Program-made: the position numbers and the translations under genes
In this document: positions 27,013-37,160 of the stretch, piece after piece
Numbering within the stretch: the first letter of the stretch is position 1
Layout: each line of letters begins with the position of its first letter
Notes under the pieces: model-generated
Seen by the model: only the letters and a program-made list of their open reading frames with translations
Database searches by the model: none
Told to the model about the DNA's origin: nothing
Origin: Candidatus Woesearchaeota archaeon
GTDB lineage: Archaea; Nanobdellota; Nanobdellia; Woesearchaeales; ARS49
Length of the DNA: 64,000 bases
Assembly: GCA_038891615.1 (NCBI GenBank)
Contig: JAWADY010000003.1
Location: 1-64,000 of the forward strand
Direction: 5' to 3'

Positions 27013-29328
27013 ATGATTAGGGGCTTTGTTCCACGACTTTATCAGGAAACAATATTTAGTGTGGCTACACAAAAAAACTGTCTTGTTGTGCTTCCAACTG
27101 GTTTAGGCAAAACAACAATAGCAATGCTTTTGGCTGCGCACAGGCTTAAACTTTTTCCAACATCAAAAGTTTTGTTCCTTGCTCCAACTAAACCGCTTTG
27201 CCAACAGCATTTTGAAGTTTTCAGGAAAGGGCTGGAGCTTGAAGAAGATAGCTTTGCACTTTTTACTGGAGAGCTTTCGCCTGAAAAGCGGGCAGAACGT
27301 TGGAAGTCGAGCAGGGTTATCATAAGCACTCCACAAGGCTTTGAGAATGACATAGTTGCAGGAAGGATTTCTCTAAAGGATGTCTCATTGCTTGTTTTTG
27401 ACGAGTGCCATCGTGCTGTTGGCGGATACAGTTATGTCTGGATAGCAAAGAGATACATGTCAGAGGCAAGCTTTCCAAGGATTCTAGGCCTAACAGCCTC
27501 TCCAGGCTCTGAGCTTGAGAAGATCGAAGAGGTTTGTAAAAATCTTTTCATAAACGCCGTTGAAGTTAGGAGTTATGACGACCCTGATGTAAAACCATAT
27601 GTTCAAAAAATTGAAATTCAAATAATCAAGCTTGAGCTTCCAGATTCATTCAAAGCCATACAACAGTATCTTCTTGGTTGCTATAAGCAAAGGATTGATG
27701 AACTTATAAGCTATGGTCTTGTCAGAAAAGCCAACCTCGCAACAAAGAAAGACTTGCTTGAGGTGCAGGCAAAGATACATTCTTCAATGGCAGCCGGCAA
27801 TCATGACTGGCAGCTTCTTAAATCTGCTTCTACACTTGCGCAGGCTATTAAAATTCATCACGCACTCGAACTACTTGAAAGCCAAGGCATAATCCCCTTG
27901 CATACTTATCTATCAAAAATTTTCGAGGAGGCAAACCACACCAGGGTGCGCGCAATAAAAGTGTTGGTAAAGGACAATGCTTTTGTAGAAGCCTTTAGGC
28001 GCACACAGGAACTCTTTGTACAAGAGGTCAAGCATCCAAAGATGTTGAAGTTAAGGGAAATTGTTTCTAATGAGATTTCTGTTAAAAAGGACATAAAAAT
28101 CATCGTCTTTACCCAGTATCGGGATACTGGGAATGAAATAGTTCAGGAACTTAACGACATTCCAGGCGTGAACGCAAGGCTTTTTGTTGGTCAAGCAAAG
28201 AAAGGCGAGACTGGCTTGAAGCAGAAGGAACAAAAGGAGTTGATTGAGCAGTTTCACAACGGTAACTTCAATGTTCTTGTAGCAACATCTGTTGCAGAAG
28301 AAGGTCTAGACATTCCAAAAGTTGACCTAGTGGTTTTTTTTGAGCCAATACCAAGTGCTATAAGAACAATCCAGCGCCGTGGAAGAACTGGTAGACATGG
28401 CGCAGGAAGAGTTATTGTACTGATTGCTAAAAAAACAAGGGACGAGGCATATGGATGGGTTGCGCGAAGAAAAGAAAAAAGGATGGAATATATTCTTAAA
28501 CAGCTGAAGGAAAAATTCGATGGCAAAGCTGCTCCTTCCGAGAAATTGCCAACAGTTCGTCTGGATACATTCATAACACCTAAAGGAGCAGTTGGATCGA
28601 ATGATGGCAAGGCTGCCAAGCCGAAAATACTTGTAGACCATCGTGAATCAGGTTCTCCTCTATTAAGAGAACTTTCAGACCTCGGCGTAGAGGTGAGCTT
28701 AAGCTCTTTACCCATAGATTACCAGCTTAGCAGCCGTGTTGGTGTAGAACACAAAACAGTGCAGGACTTTGTCAACTCGATACTCGATGGTCGTCTTCTT
28801 GAACAACTAAAGGTGCTCGCGGAAGAGTTTGAGCGTCCGCTGCTTGTCATTGAAGGGCAAGAGGACATGTATGCGTTACGCGGAGTTCATCCAAATGCAA
28901 TAAGAGGAGCTCTTGCGACGGTTGCAGTTAGTTATGGTATCCCTGTGTTGCAAACAAGAAATCCAAAGGAGACCGCTGCCTTACTTTATGCAATTGCTCA
29001 GCGCGAACAAGAAACTGATGGTCGGGACTTCTCTAGGCACTCAAAAAAACCATTGACGCTGCGTGAACAGCAGGAGTATATTGTATCAGCATTCCCAAAT
29101 GTTGGTGGAGCATTGGCCAAGGAGTTGCTTCGGCGATTTAGAACAGTAAGGTCTATTGTAAATGCAAGCCCAGACGAGCTAAAAAAAGTTGATGGTATAG
29201 GGGATAAAAAGGCAACAAGAATTAATGAGGTTTTAACTAAAGACTATACCATGCTTGATGGCCAACAAAATAAGGAACATTTTTGTGAGCAAGAAGACAG
29301 AGAATGTGGGCAGTATGAGCACGATTAA
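27013..29328 (+). CDS. hef: Hef helicase/nuclease (FANCM-like DEAH helicase + ERCC4 + HhH)
   Basis: LPTGLGKT, DECH, TASPG, QRRGRTGR, VDHRE, EHKT..DF..S..DGRL..Q, HhH. Confidence 0.95.
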   Translation: MIRGFVPRLYQETIFSVATQKNCLVVLPTGLGKTTIAMLLAAHRLKLFPTSKVLFLAPTKPLCQQHFEVFRKGLELEEDSFALFTGELSPEKRAERWKSSRVIISTPQGFENDIVAGRISLKDVSLLVFDECHRAVGGYSYVWIAKRYMSEASFPRILGLTASPGSELEKIEEVCKNLFINAVEVRSYDDPDVKPYVQKIEIQIIKLELPDSFKAIQQYLLGCYKQRIDELISYGLVRKANLATKKDLLEVQAKIHSSMAAGNHDWQLLKSASTLAQAIKIHHALELLESQGIIPLHTYLSKIFEEANHTRVRAIKVLVKDNAFVEAFRRTQELFVQEVKHPKMLKLREIVSNEISVKKDIKIIVFTQYRDTGNEIVQELNDIPGVNARLFVGQAKKGETGLKQKEQKELIEQFHNGNFNVLVATSVAEEGLDIPKVDLVVFFEPIPSAIRTIQRRGRTGRHGAGRVIVLIAKKTRDEAYGWVARRKEKRMEYILKQLKEKFDGKAAPSEKLPTVRLDTFITPKGAVGSNDGKAAKPKILVDHRESGSPLLRELSDLGVEVSLSSLPIDYQLSSRVGVEHKTVQDFVNSILDGRLLEQLKVLAEEFERPLLVIEGQEDMYALRGVHPNAIRGALATVAVSYGIPVLQTRNPKETAALLYAIAQREQETDGRDFSRHSKKPLTLREQQEYIVSAFPNVGGALAKELLRRFRTVRSIVNASPDELKKVDGIGDKKATRINEVLTKDYTMLDGQQNKEHFCEQEDRECGQYEHD

Positions 29329-29346
29329 GAACTTATTTTAAGCTGC

Positions 29347-30198
29347 TTAAATCTTCATTTGCATAAGTCTTTCAATCCTTGCGGCAATTGGTGGATGAGT
29401 CGAGAATAGTGCTGCAAAGCTTTTTGCAGAGAAAGGATTTACAATGAATAGGCTTGCGGTTGTTTCATTACCAAATGTCAATGGTCTATGTTTTGCGCTT
29501 TGTTCAAGCTTAGCAAGGGCTGAAGCAAGCGCTTTTGGATTTTCAATAGTCCTTGCACCACTTTCGTCTGCAAGATACTCTCTTGAACGCGAGATAGCAA
29601 GCTGGAGAAGGAGGGCAATTAGTGGTGCAAAAATTGCAAGAAAGATCAAACCAATAATACCTGAAGACCTTCTTTCATCCCTTCTTTCTCCAAAAATTGC
29701 AGCAAATCTTGCTACCTGTGCAATGTAGCTTATCACACCGGCAATTGTCGCAGCTATTGTTGCAACAAGCATGTCATGGTTCTTTATGTGCGATATCTCG
29801 TGTGCAATAACCCCTTTTAGCTCCTCTTTGTTTAAGATGGATAAAATGCCACGCGTGACTGCAACAACAGAATGCCGTGGGCTTCTACCAGTTGCAAAAG
29901 CGTTTGCGGCATTGCTTGGGATTATGTATATTTTTGGTTTTGGAATTCCTGCCTTTCTGGCTACTTCCTCAACTATTTGATGAAGCTCTTTGAACTCAGC
30001 GCCTTTTGCCTTTTCAGCACGATACATTGCTAGCACGAGTTTATCAGAAACAAAAAGCGCTCCTAAGTTCATAAAAGCTGAGAAAAGCAGAGCAACTGTA
30101 AGACCTGTTATCCCTCCAATCAGCCTTCCAACTAAAAGAAGCAGACCAGTAAGTGTTCCAAGTAGCAGTGCAGTCTTTATGTGATTCTTTGATACCAT
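29347..30198 (-). CDS. htpX: zinc metalloprotease HtpX
   Basis: NAFATGR, HEISH, SRSREYLAD, FSTHPP motifs. Confidence 0.95.
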   Translation of the reverse strand: MVSKNHIKTALLLGTLTGLLLLVGRLIGGITGLTVALLFSAFMNLGALFVSDKLVLAMYRAEKAKGAEFKELHQIVEEVARKAGIPKPKIYIIPSNAANAFATGRSPRHSVVAVTRGILSILNKEELKGVIAHEISHIKNHDMLVATIAATIAGVISYIAQVARFAAIFGERRDERRSSGIIGLIFLAIFAPLIALLLQLAISRSREYLADESGARTIENPKALASALAKLEQSAKHRPLTFGNETTASLFIVNPFSAKSFAALFSTHPPIAARIERLMQMKI

Positions 30199-30234
30199 AC
30201 CCCGTCTGAAACTTAGAAGAGTTATTTAAAAGCT

Positions 30235-30606
30235 TTATTGTTTTTGCTGTTTTTCGAGAAAGTCAGCAAGGGCTTCGATGCACTTAAGGGGTGTTTTCAC
30301 TAGTAGTAAATTTCTCAATCTATCATCAATCTTTATCCCCAGCTTTTGCAGTTCACTTCTGAGCAAAGAGTATAGCTTTCTACCTTCTCTATCTAAGTCT
30401 GTTAGGAGTACACATTCTTCTCCAGAAGCTGCAATCTCGTCAACAACTGCATAGAGGGGCTTCTTCAGAGTCATAACATTTCTTAATCCAAGCCTGTTTA
30501 AAGCACTTTTATCTTTTTTACCTTCAACAACAATTAGTTTCCTGCTCTTACGCAGGACCTCGATTGCTTCAGCTATCTCTTCGAGTGTTTCAGCTTTAAT
30601 TGGCAT
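30235..30606 (-). CDS. small TOPRIM-domain protein
   Basis: IVVEGKKD, LLTDLDREG motifs. Confidence 0.88.
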   Translation of the reverse strand: MPIKAETLEEIAEAIEVLRKSRKLIVVEGKKDKSALNRLGLRNVMTLKKPLYAVVDEIAASGEECVLLTDLDREGRKLYSLLRSELQKLGIKIDDRLRNLLLVKTPLKCIEALADFLEKQQKQ

Positions 30607-30668
30607 GCCACTGGACAGCTGCGCACAAACTATATAAATATGGTTGGCGCGTTTTAAGAAAGGGGGAA

Positions 30669-31967
30669 ATGGTTATACCACTCTCTACTTCGTTAAAGTA
30701 TTACAAGCGCGCAGATGTGCAAGAGGCAATGATAGCTGCAGCCACAAACAAAGAAATAGCTGTTCTTTATGGCGAGCGCGGCTTTGGCAAAAGGCCTGAT
30801 AGTATCAACCATCCCGCTGATATCCTTGAGTTTGCAAAACATGGGGCGACTTCTTTTCATTGTTCAGAAGAGCTTTGGTCAAACCCCCTTGCGATTAGCA
30901 CCTCTATGAGCAAAAAGGATATTGAACAGCTCAGGATTGGATGGGACCTTGTGCTTGACATTGATTGTCCAGTATTCGAATATAGCACCATTGCTGCAGA
31001 TTTGATTGTGGATGCGCTTCGCCATGGCGGCATTGAGACAATTTCTGCAAAGTTTTCTGGAAATCACGGCTGGCACATTGCAGTTCCTTTTGAGGCGTTT
31101 CCTAAAGAGGTTAAGGGACAGCCAACAAGTCAACTTTTTCCAGAAGGACCAAAAAAGATAGCCTTCTATCTCCAGGAAAAGATAAGAGCTGCACTTTCGG
31201 ACAAACTTCTTTCAATTGCTCCTGTAGATAAGATAGCCAAGAGGGTAGGCAAAAAGATGGTTGATGTTGTAAAAGGTCATGAAAACAGAGTTTTTGACCC
31301 ATTTTCAATCATAACAATTGATACTGTATTCATTGCTCATCGGCACTTGTATAGAATGCCCTATTCTTTAAATGAGAAATCAGGCCTTGTTTCAATCCCT
31401 TTTTCACCAAAAAAGATTCTCTTCTTTGAGAAGGAAAGTGCAAGGCCAGACCTAGTTGTAGTTAAAGAGGGCTTTCTTAATCGCAAAGCAGAGGCAGGCG
31501 AGGCAAAGAGATTATTTCTTGAAGCACTTGATTTCAAGCCAGAACTCACTTTTGTTGAAAAAAGGCCTGAGCAAATCCAATCGATTGTTTTCGAGAGCGC
31601 AATTTCTGAAGCCCATTTTCCACCCTGCATAAAAAATATACTTAAAGGTCTTCCAGATGGACGAAAAAGGTCTGTTTTTGTACTCCTGAATTTTCTGAAA
31701 AACTGTAAATGGGACTATGGTACAATAGAATCGCTTCTTTACGAATGGAATAAAAAGAATTCAACGCCGCTAAAAGAAGGCTTGATTCGCGCTCAGCTAA
31801 ACTATCACAAAAGGCAAAATAAGACAATCCTGCCGCCCAATTGTAAGGAGTTCTACCAAAACTTTGGTGTTTGCACTCCAGATTCCTTTTGTTCAAAAAT
31901 AAAGAACCCAGTTAACTATGCGCTTCTGAAAGCAAAGTTGGCTAAACAAGTAAAAAAGAATTTTTGA
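30669..31967 (+). CDS. DNA primase, fused small and large subunits (PriS-PriL)
   Basis: WDLVLDID, FSGNHGWH, RMPYSLN (PriS); FPPCI...GRKR...PPNC...C...C..IKNP (PriL C-terminal domain). Confidence 0.92.
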   Translation: MVIPLSTSLKYYKRADVQEAMIAAATNKEIAVLYGERGFGKRPDSINHPADILEFAKHGATSFHCSEELWSNPLAISTSMSKKDIEQLRIGWDLVLDIDCPVFEYSTIAADLIVDALRHGGIETISAKFSGNHGWHIAVPFEAFPKEVKGQPTSQLFPEGPKKIAFYLQEKIRAALSDKLLSIAPVDKIAKRVGKKMVDVVKGHENRVFDPFSIITIDTVFIAHRHLYRMPYSLNEKSGLVSIPFSPKKILFFEKESARPDLVVVKEGFLNRKAEAGEAKRLFLEALDFKPELTFVEKRPEQIQSIVFESAISEAHFPPCIKNILKGLPDGRKRSVFVLLNFLKNCKWDYGTIESLLYEWNKKNSTPLKEGLIRAQLNYHKRQNKTILPPNCKEFYQNFGVCTPDSFCSKIKNPVNYALLKAKLAKQVKKNF

Positions 31968-32104
31968 GTTCAGAATTATGACACTTTGCTACAATTTTTT
32001 GAGTTTTCTATCTTTTCTTGAAAGTATAGAGATTGTAGGTTTTAGCATAGCTTAAAACGCTACTGAATTGATGGGAAAAAAGTTTTAGGTCAACAATAGC
32101 AATC

Positions 32105-32274
32105 TTTATAAATCCCCTCATTGGTACGAATTATTGGCCTGAAAAGGAGTCTTTTCAGTACAGCGAAGTGAGCCGAGAGGTGAGGAAGTTTTTGGCCACT
32201 GCTTCTAAAAGGCTCTTTTAGGCCCAATCAGTAGTTGACCCCAAAAGAGCTTTTTAAAGACTTTTGGGAAACAA
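32105..32274 (+). promoter_or_regulatory. rpl3 operon promoter and ~140-nt structured 5' leader
   Basis: TTTATAAA at 32105; hairpins CTGAAAAG/CTTTTCAG, CTAAAAG/CTTTTAG, CCCAAAAG/CTTTTGGG. Confidence 0.6.
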
Positions 32275-33264
32275 ATGCCAACAAAAAGAAGTCCAAGGCG
32301 AGGAACACTGCAGTACTGGCACAGGCAGCGAGCAGCCAGACTCACTGCCCGAGTTAGACAATGGGCTAAACTCAAAGAAGCAAAAGCGTTGGGCTTTGCA
32401 GCCTACAAGGTTGGCATGAGTCATGTTCTTGCGCTTGATAATAGGCCATCAAGCCCTACAAAAGGCGAAGAAGTTTTCCTTCCAGTTACTGTTCTTGAGT
32501 GTCCGCCGCTGAAAGTCTTTGGGGCAGTCTTTTACAAAAAAGATGAGAATGGTTATGGCAGTAGGGTTTTGACTCAAGTGAATGCACCCGGCATTGAGAA
32601 AGATAAATACCTTGGAAGGGTGCTGAGGATGCCAAAAACTCAGCGAAGCAAGCTAGAAGATGTTGAGAAGAAGCTTGATGAACTTGTTGATGTGAGGCTT
32701 CTTTGTGCAACTCAGCCAAAGTTGATTGGTTTAAAGAAAAAACCAGAAATCATCGAGCTTGGAATTGGGGGAGGAATAAAAGAAAAGCTTGCCTATGCTA
32801 AGAGCATTCTGGGTAAAGAAATAAATGCAAAAGATGTCTTTGTTGAAGGTCAGCTGATAGATGTTCATTCGATAACTAAAGGAAAAGGCTATCAAGGTCC
32901 AGTAAAGCGTTTTGGTGTTCAAAGACTTTCACACAAGTCTCAAAAGACCATCAGGGGTCCTGGAACTGTTGGCCCTTGGACAGGGAATCGTTCATGGACA
33001 GTGCCACACGCTGGGCAGATGGGCTTTCATCAAAGACTTGAGCGAAACAAGCTGTTGCTAAAACTTGGTTCAAAAGTTGATGAAATAAATCCCGCTGGAG
33101 GCTTCCTTAGGTATGGTTTTGTGAGGAACAATTATCTTTTGGTAATGGGTTCTGTTCCAGGTCCTTGCAAAAGGCTGATAACGCTCACCCAACCAACAAG
33201 GCCTAACACGAAGGCAAAAGGGAGTTTCACAATAACCTATACAAGTCTCGCATCAAAGCAATAG
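32275..33264 (+). CDS. rpl3: 50S ribosomal protein L3
   Basis: PRRGTL, YKVGMSH, TKGKGYQGPVKRFG, AGQMGFHQR. Confidence 0.97.
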   Translation: MPTKRSPRRGTLQYWHRQRAARLTARVRQWAKLKEAKALGFAAYKVGMSHVLALDNRPSSPTKGEEVFLPVTVLECPPLKVFGAVFYKKDENGYGSRVLTQVNAPGIEKDKYLGRVLRMPKTQRSKLEDVEKKLDELVDVRLLCATQPKLIGLKKKPEIIELGIGGGIKEKLAYAKSILGKEINAKDVFVEGQLIDVHSITKGKGYQGPVKRFGVQRLSHKSQKTIRGPGTVGPWTGNRSWTVPHAGQMGFHQRLERNKLLLKLGSKVDEINPAGGFLRYGFVRNNYLLVMGSVPGPCKRLITLTQPTRPNTKAKGSFTITYTSLASKQ

Positions 33265-33279
33265 AGTATTAAAGACAAA

Positions 33280-34083
33280 ATGGAAATCCCTCTAATGAGC
33301 ATAGAAGGCAAAGAGAAAGGGAAAATAGCCCTTCCCAAACAGTTTGAAGAACCAATAAGGCCAGACCTCATAAAGAGGGCAGTAGAGGCTATCCTTTCAA
33401 ACAATAGGCAGCCTTATGGTGCAGATCCTAGAGCAGGCAAAAAAGCCGCAGCAAAACTCTCGAGACGAAGAAGGCGTTTCAAGAGCTCCTATGGCAGGGG
33501 CATCTCTCGGGTTCCAAGAAAAACACTCATGCGCAGGGGGGAACAATTCTTGTTTGTTGGAGCTTTTGCACCTGGAACGGTTGGTGGGAGACGTGCCCAT
33601 CCGCCAAAAGCAGAAAAGGTCTTTTGCCAAAAAATAAACAAAGTCGAAAGAAGAAAAGCCATACGTAGTGCATTGGCAGCAACAATGTCACGAGAGCATG
33701 TTGCTTCAAGGGGACACAAGGTTTTTGAAAAGTATCCTTTTGCCGTAGTTAATGACCTTGAACAGCTTGCTGAAACTAAAAAGGTTTACGAAAGCCTTAA
33801 AGCACTTGGCTTTGAGGAAGAGTTTGAAAGGACAGCTGTTCATAGGATAAGGGCTGGAAAGGGCAAGGCAAGGGGGCGTAGGTTAAAAAAGTCATGCGGT
33901 TTGCTGATTGTTGTTTCAGGAAAATGCCCTCTTTCACGTGCTGCGAGAAACATTCCAGGTGTTGATGTTATTGAGGCAAGAAATCTAAATGCCCACTTGC
34001 TAGCACCCGGAGGGAAACCTGGCAGGCTTTCTCTTTTCACAGAAGGAGCCATCAAAGCAATTGCAGGAGGTCTATTTAGATGA
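33280..34083 (+). CDS. rpl4: 50S ribosomal protein L4
   Basis: RPDLIKRAV, GGRRAHPPK, RNIPGVD, LAPGG.PGRL. Confidence 0.97.
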   Translation: MEIPLMSIEGKEKGKIALPKQFEEPIRPDLIKRAVEAILSNNRQPYGADPRAGKKAAAKLSRRRRRFKSSYGRGISRVPRKTLMRRGEQFLFVGAFAPGTVGGRRAHPPKAEKVFCQKINKVERRKAIRSALAATMSREHVASRGHKVFEKYPFAVVNDLEQLAETKKVYESLKALGFEEEFERTAVHRIRAGKGKARGRRLKKSCGLLIVVSGKCPLSRAARNIPGVDVIEARNLNAHLLAPGGKPGRLSLFTEGAIKAIAGGLFR

Positions 34084-34382
34084 GTGAGCAAACTCTTAAC
34101 TCTACAAAAAATCAAGAACAAAGCAAAAAGCCAGAGAGCATAATTAAGCACCCGCTCTCTACTGAAAAGGCCATAAGGTTGATGGAGTCTAACAATGAGC
34201 TGCTTTTTGTGGTAGACAAAAAGGCAACAAAGTTGGATGTTAAAAGGGAGATTGAGAAGCTTTTCAAGGCGAAGGTTATAGCAGTGAACACTTTTGTTGT
34301 TGGCGGTCAGAAGAGGGCATATGTCAAGTTTGCAAAAGAAAGCCCTGCCATAGATGTTGCAACAAGGCTTGGGATGGTTTGA
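34080..34382 (+). CDS. rpl23: 50S ribosomal protein L23
   Basis: PLSTEKA, KRAYV, operon position. Confidence 0.96.
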   Translation: MSEQTLNSTKNQEQSKKPESIIKHPLSTEKAIRLMESNNELLFVVDKKATKLDVKREIEKLFKAKVIAVNTFVVGGQKRAYVKFAKESPAIDVATRLGMV

Positions 34383-34412
34383 TAAATATGGAGGAACAGC
34401 TCTAATGCGAAT

Positions 34413-35126
34413 ATGGGAAAAAGACTAATTCAGCAAGCAAGGGGTAAAGGGGGTCCGGCATACAGGGCTCTTGGTTTTAGGTATTTGGGTGCGGCAAAGT
34501 TCTTGCCCATCAACAAAGGACCTATGGAAGGATTTGTTAAGGACATACTTCACTGCTCTGGTCACACAGCACCACTTCTAAAAATAAAATGGCAGGATGG
34601 CACAGAAGGTTTTGCGATTGCACCTGAGGGCATTAAAGTTGGGAGCCTGATTAAAGCTGGTCCGGGCGCACCTGTAGAAATAGGAAACATTCTCGCTCTA
34701 CAAGATATTCCTGAAGGTCAGACAATTTTTAATATCGAGGGCGTTCCAGGAGATGGAGGAAAGTACTGCAGAACCTCTGGTGTTGCCGCAAAAATAGTTG
34801 CGAAATATGATAGAAAAGCGCTTGTAGAGTTGCCATCTAAAAAGCAGAGACTATTTGACTTGGCTTGCAGGGCAATGATAGGAATTCCTGCGGGAGGCGG
34901 CAGGGTTGAAAAGCCATTTTTGAAAGCAGGAAACAGACATTTTGCTGCAAGGCGCAGAAACAAACGCTATCCAATGATTTCAGGAGCTGCTCAAAACGCT
35001 GTGGACCACCCATTTGGAAACAAGCGGACTGCAAGAAAGGCAAAGCAGCGCCCTGCCCCACGCTATGCCCCTCCTGGTAGAAAGGTTGGAAAACTTCATC
35101 CAAGACGTACAGGGAGGAAAAAGTAA
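34413..35126 (+). CDS. rpl2: 50S ribosomal protein L2
   Basis: MGKRLIQQARG, NAVDHPFG, PPGRKVG. Confidence 0.97.
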   Translation: MGKRLIQQARGKGGPAYRALGFRYLGAAKFLPINKGPMEGFVKDILHCSGHTAPLLKIKWQDGTEGFAIAPEGIKVGSLIKAGPGAPVEIGNILALQDIPEGQTIFNIEGVPGDGGKYCRTSGVAAKIVAKYDRKALVELPSKKQRLFDLACRAMIGIPAGGGRVEKPFLKAGNRHFAARRRNKRYPMISGAAQNAVDHPFGNKRTARKAKQRPAPRYAPPGRKVGKLHPRRTGRKK

Positions 35127-35128
35127 AA

Positions 35129-35509
35129 ATGCCAAGAGAGTTCTTCTACAGAGGAAAAGGTCTAGAGGAGCTCAAAAAGCTTTCTCTTAAAGAATTTGCA
35201 GCACTTCTTCCTGCACGTGAGCGAAGAACTCTTACAAGAGGCTTTACCAGTGCTGCCAAATCCCTCCTCAAGTCCATCGAGGCTGGGGAGAAGAACTTAA
35301 GGACGCATGCAAGAGAGCTAATAATCCTTCCTTCAATGGTTGGGCTGACAATAGGAGTTTACAATGGCAAGGAATTCACTCCGGTAACCATAAGTCCAGA
35401 AATGATTGGTCATAGGCTTGGAGAATTTGCACTAACAAGAAAGAAGGTTGTGCACTCAGCACCAGGTATTGGTGCAACAAGGTCGAGTGCAAGCCTTTCG
35501 GTGAGGTAA
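35129..35509 (+). CDS. rps19: 30S ribosomal protein S19
   Basis: RTHAR, YNGKEF, MIGHRLGEF. Confidence 0.97.
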   Translation: MPREFFYRGKGLEELKKLSLKEFAALLPARERRTLTRGFTSAAKSLLKSIEAGEKNLRTHARELIILPSMVGLTIGVYNGKEFTPVTISPEMIGHRLGEFALTRKKVVHSAPGIGATRSSASLSVR

Positions 35510-35514
35510 GAGTA

Positions 35515-35952
35515 ATGGTAAAGTACTCTGTTGTGGTTGCACAAAATGAAGCTGCTGCAATGGGAAGGGCTTTAGAGATATCAACAAAGCATTCAGCAGA
35601 GGTTTGTGCACTCATAAGAGGAAAACCCCTCGAAATAGCAAAGGGTCTGCTTAGGGAGGTCATTGCCCAAAAAAGAGCGGTGCCTTACAGACGCTCAAGA
35701 CGCGACCTTGCTCACAAAAAAGGAATTGCAGCAGGTAGATATCCAGTCAAAACTTGTGCAAAGATACTAGAACTGCTTGAGCTGGCAGAGGCAAATGCTC
35801 AGTTCAAGGGTTTGCCGATTGCAGACCTTTTTGTCAAACACATTGCAAGCCACCGCGGACCAAAAATCCCTAAAAGTGGAAGGAAGCCAGGAAGGGTTTC
35901 AAAAAGGGCTCACATTGAGGTTGTCCTTGCAGCAAGACAGGAGCAAAAATGA
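35515..35952 (+). CDS. rpl22: 50S ribosomal protein L22
   Basis: ISTKHS.EV, GRYPVK, HIEVVL. Confidence 0.96.
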   Translation: MVKYSVVVAQNEAAAMGRALEISTKHSAEVCALIRGKPLEIAKGLLREVIAQKRAVPYRRSRRDLAHKKGIAAGRYPVKTCAKILELLELAEANAQFKGLPIADLFVKHIASHRGPKIPKSGRKPGRVSKRAHIEVVLAARQEQK

Positions 35953-36641
35953 TAGAAAGAAAATTTGTTTCAGAAAGAGTGAAGGAGCACCACATACAAG
36001 AATTTATTTTTGAAACATTGAAGAATGTTGGTCACAGCCATACAAAGCTTGTGCGCACACCATTAGGTGAAAAAATAATCATCTATGCTTCAAAACCTGG
36101 ATTGGTTGTCGGAAAGAAAGGAGAAAACATAAAAAAGTTGACACTGGCCCTTAAGAAAAAGTTTGGGCTTGAAAATCCACAGATAGAACTAAGCGAGGTT
36201 ACAGACCCTGACGTAAATGCACAGATTGTTGCAGAAAGGATCGCTTCTTCTCTTGAACGTTACGGGGTTCAGAAGTTCAAGGCAATTGCACATAAGGCAA
36301 TGGAAATGGCGATGGCAGCTGGTGCGCTCGGAATAGAAATAAAGCTTTCAGGAAAACTCCCAAGCGCACGTGCTAGGTCTTGGAGGTTTTATTCTGGTTA
36401 TATGAAAAAATGTGGCAACGTTGCCATTGAGGCGACTCGCAAGGCTATGACAACTGCAAAACTGAAGTCAGGTGTGATTGGAATCAAGGTTTCCATAATT
36501 CCTCCACAGACTTATCTTCCCGACAGAGCAATTAAGCTAAAAGGTGTCGAGGAGAAAATGTCAGAAGATGTTAAACAAATACCTGCCCACAAAGATGATG
36601 AGGGCGGCAAAGAGAAGGAGGTGGAACAAAAGAATGAGTGA
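35949..36641 (+). CDS. rps3: 30S ribosomal protein S3
   Basis: KH domain KPGLVVGKKG, GALGIEI.LSGK, GVIGIKV. Confidence 0.97.
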   Translation: MIERKFVSERVKEHHIQEFIFETLKNVGHSHTKLVRTPLGEKIIIYASKPGLVVGKKGENIKKLTLALKKKFGLENPQIELSEVTDPDVNAQIVAERIASSLERYGVQKFKAIAHKAMEMAMAAGALGIEIKLSGKLPSARARSWRFYSGYMKKCGNVAIEATRKAMTTAKLKSGVIGIKVSIIPPQTYLPDRAIKLKGVEEKMSEDVKQIPAHKDDEGGKEKEVEQKNE

Positions 36642-36840
36642 AACAAAATTCAGGGAACTAGCAGCTCTGAGCAATGAGGATTTGAGTGCAAAACTTGGTG
36701 AGCTGCGATACGAACTAATAAAGCTGTATGGCGAAGTTTCGACGAGGACTGTTCCTAAATCTCCTGCAAAGATCAGGCAGTCTAAAAGGGCAATTGCAAG
36801 GATAAAAACACTCCTTGCAAGGAGGGCAGCAAAGGAATGA
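36634..36840 (+). CDS. rpl29: 50S ribosomal protein L29
   Basis: KRAIARIKT; SD GGAGGTG upstream of ATG 36634. Confidence 0.92.
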   Translation: MSETKFRELAALSNEDLSAKLGELRYELIKLYGEVSTRTVPKSPAKIRQSKRAIARIKTLLARRAAKE

Positions 36841-37145
36841 CCGAAGTCTGCCCAAACTGCGGCTTACCCAAGGATCTGTGTGTTTGCGAAGCCATTGCAA
36901 AGGAAACGCAAAAAATTGAAGTTCGCCTTGAAAAGAAAAAGTTTGGCAAAAACTGCACAGTCATCGATGGACTTGATCCAAAGGAGATTGACGTGAAAGA
37001 GCTAGCAAAGAAGCTTAAGGCAAAATTCGCGTGTGGAGGAACGGTTAAGGACAACAAGATTGAACTCCAGGGCGATCATAGGTCAAAGGTAAGAGAAGCA
37101 TTGGTTACTTTCGGGTTTCCACACGAAAGCATTGTTGTAAAATGA
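36837..37145 (+). CDS. sui1: translation initiation factor SUI1/aIF1
   Basis: C..CGLP.DLCVC, LK.KFACGGT, IELQGDH. Confidence 0.96.
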   Translation: MTEVCPNCGLPKDLCVCEAIAKETQKIEVRLEKKKFGKNCTVIDGLDPKEIDVKELAKKLKAKFACGGTVKDNKIELQGDHRSKVREALVTFGFPHESIVVK

Positions 37146-37160
37146 GATGGGCTGATAAAA

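Noticed and set aside
30669-31967. PriS-PriL fusion as a novelty
   Set aside because: Established feature of several DPANN lineages; used only as a taxonomic clue.
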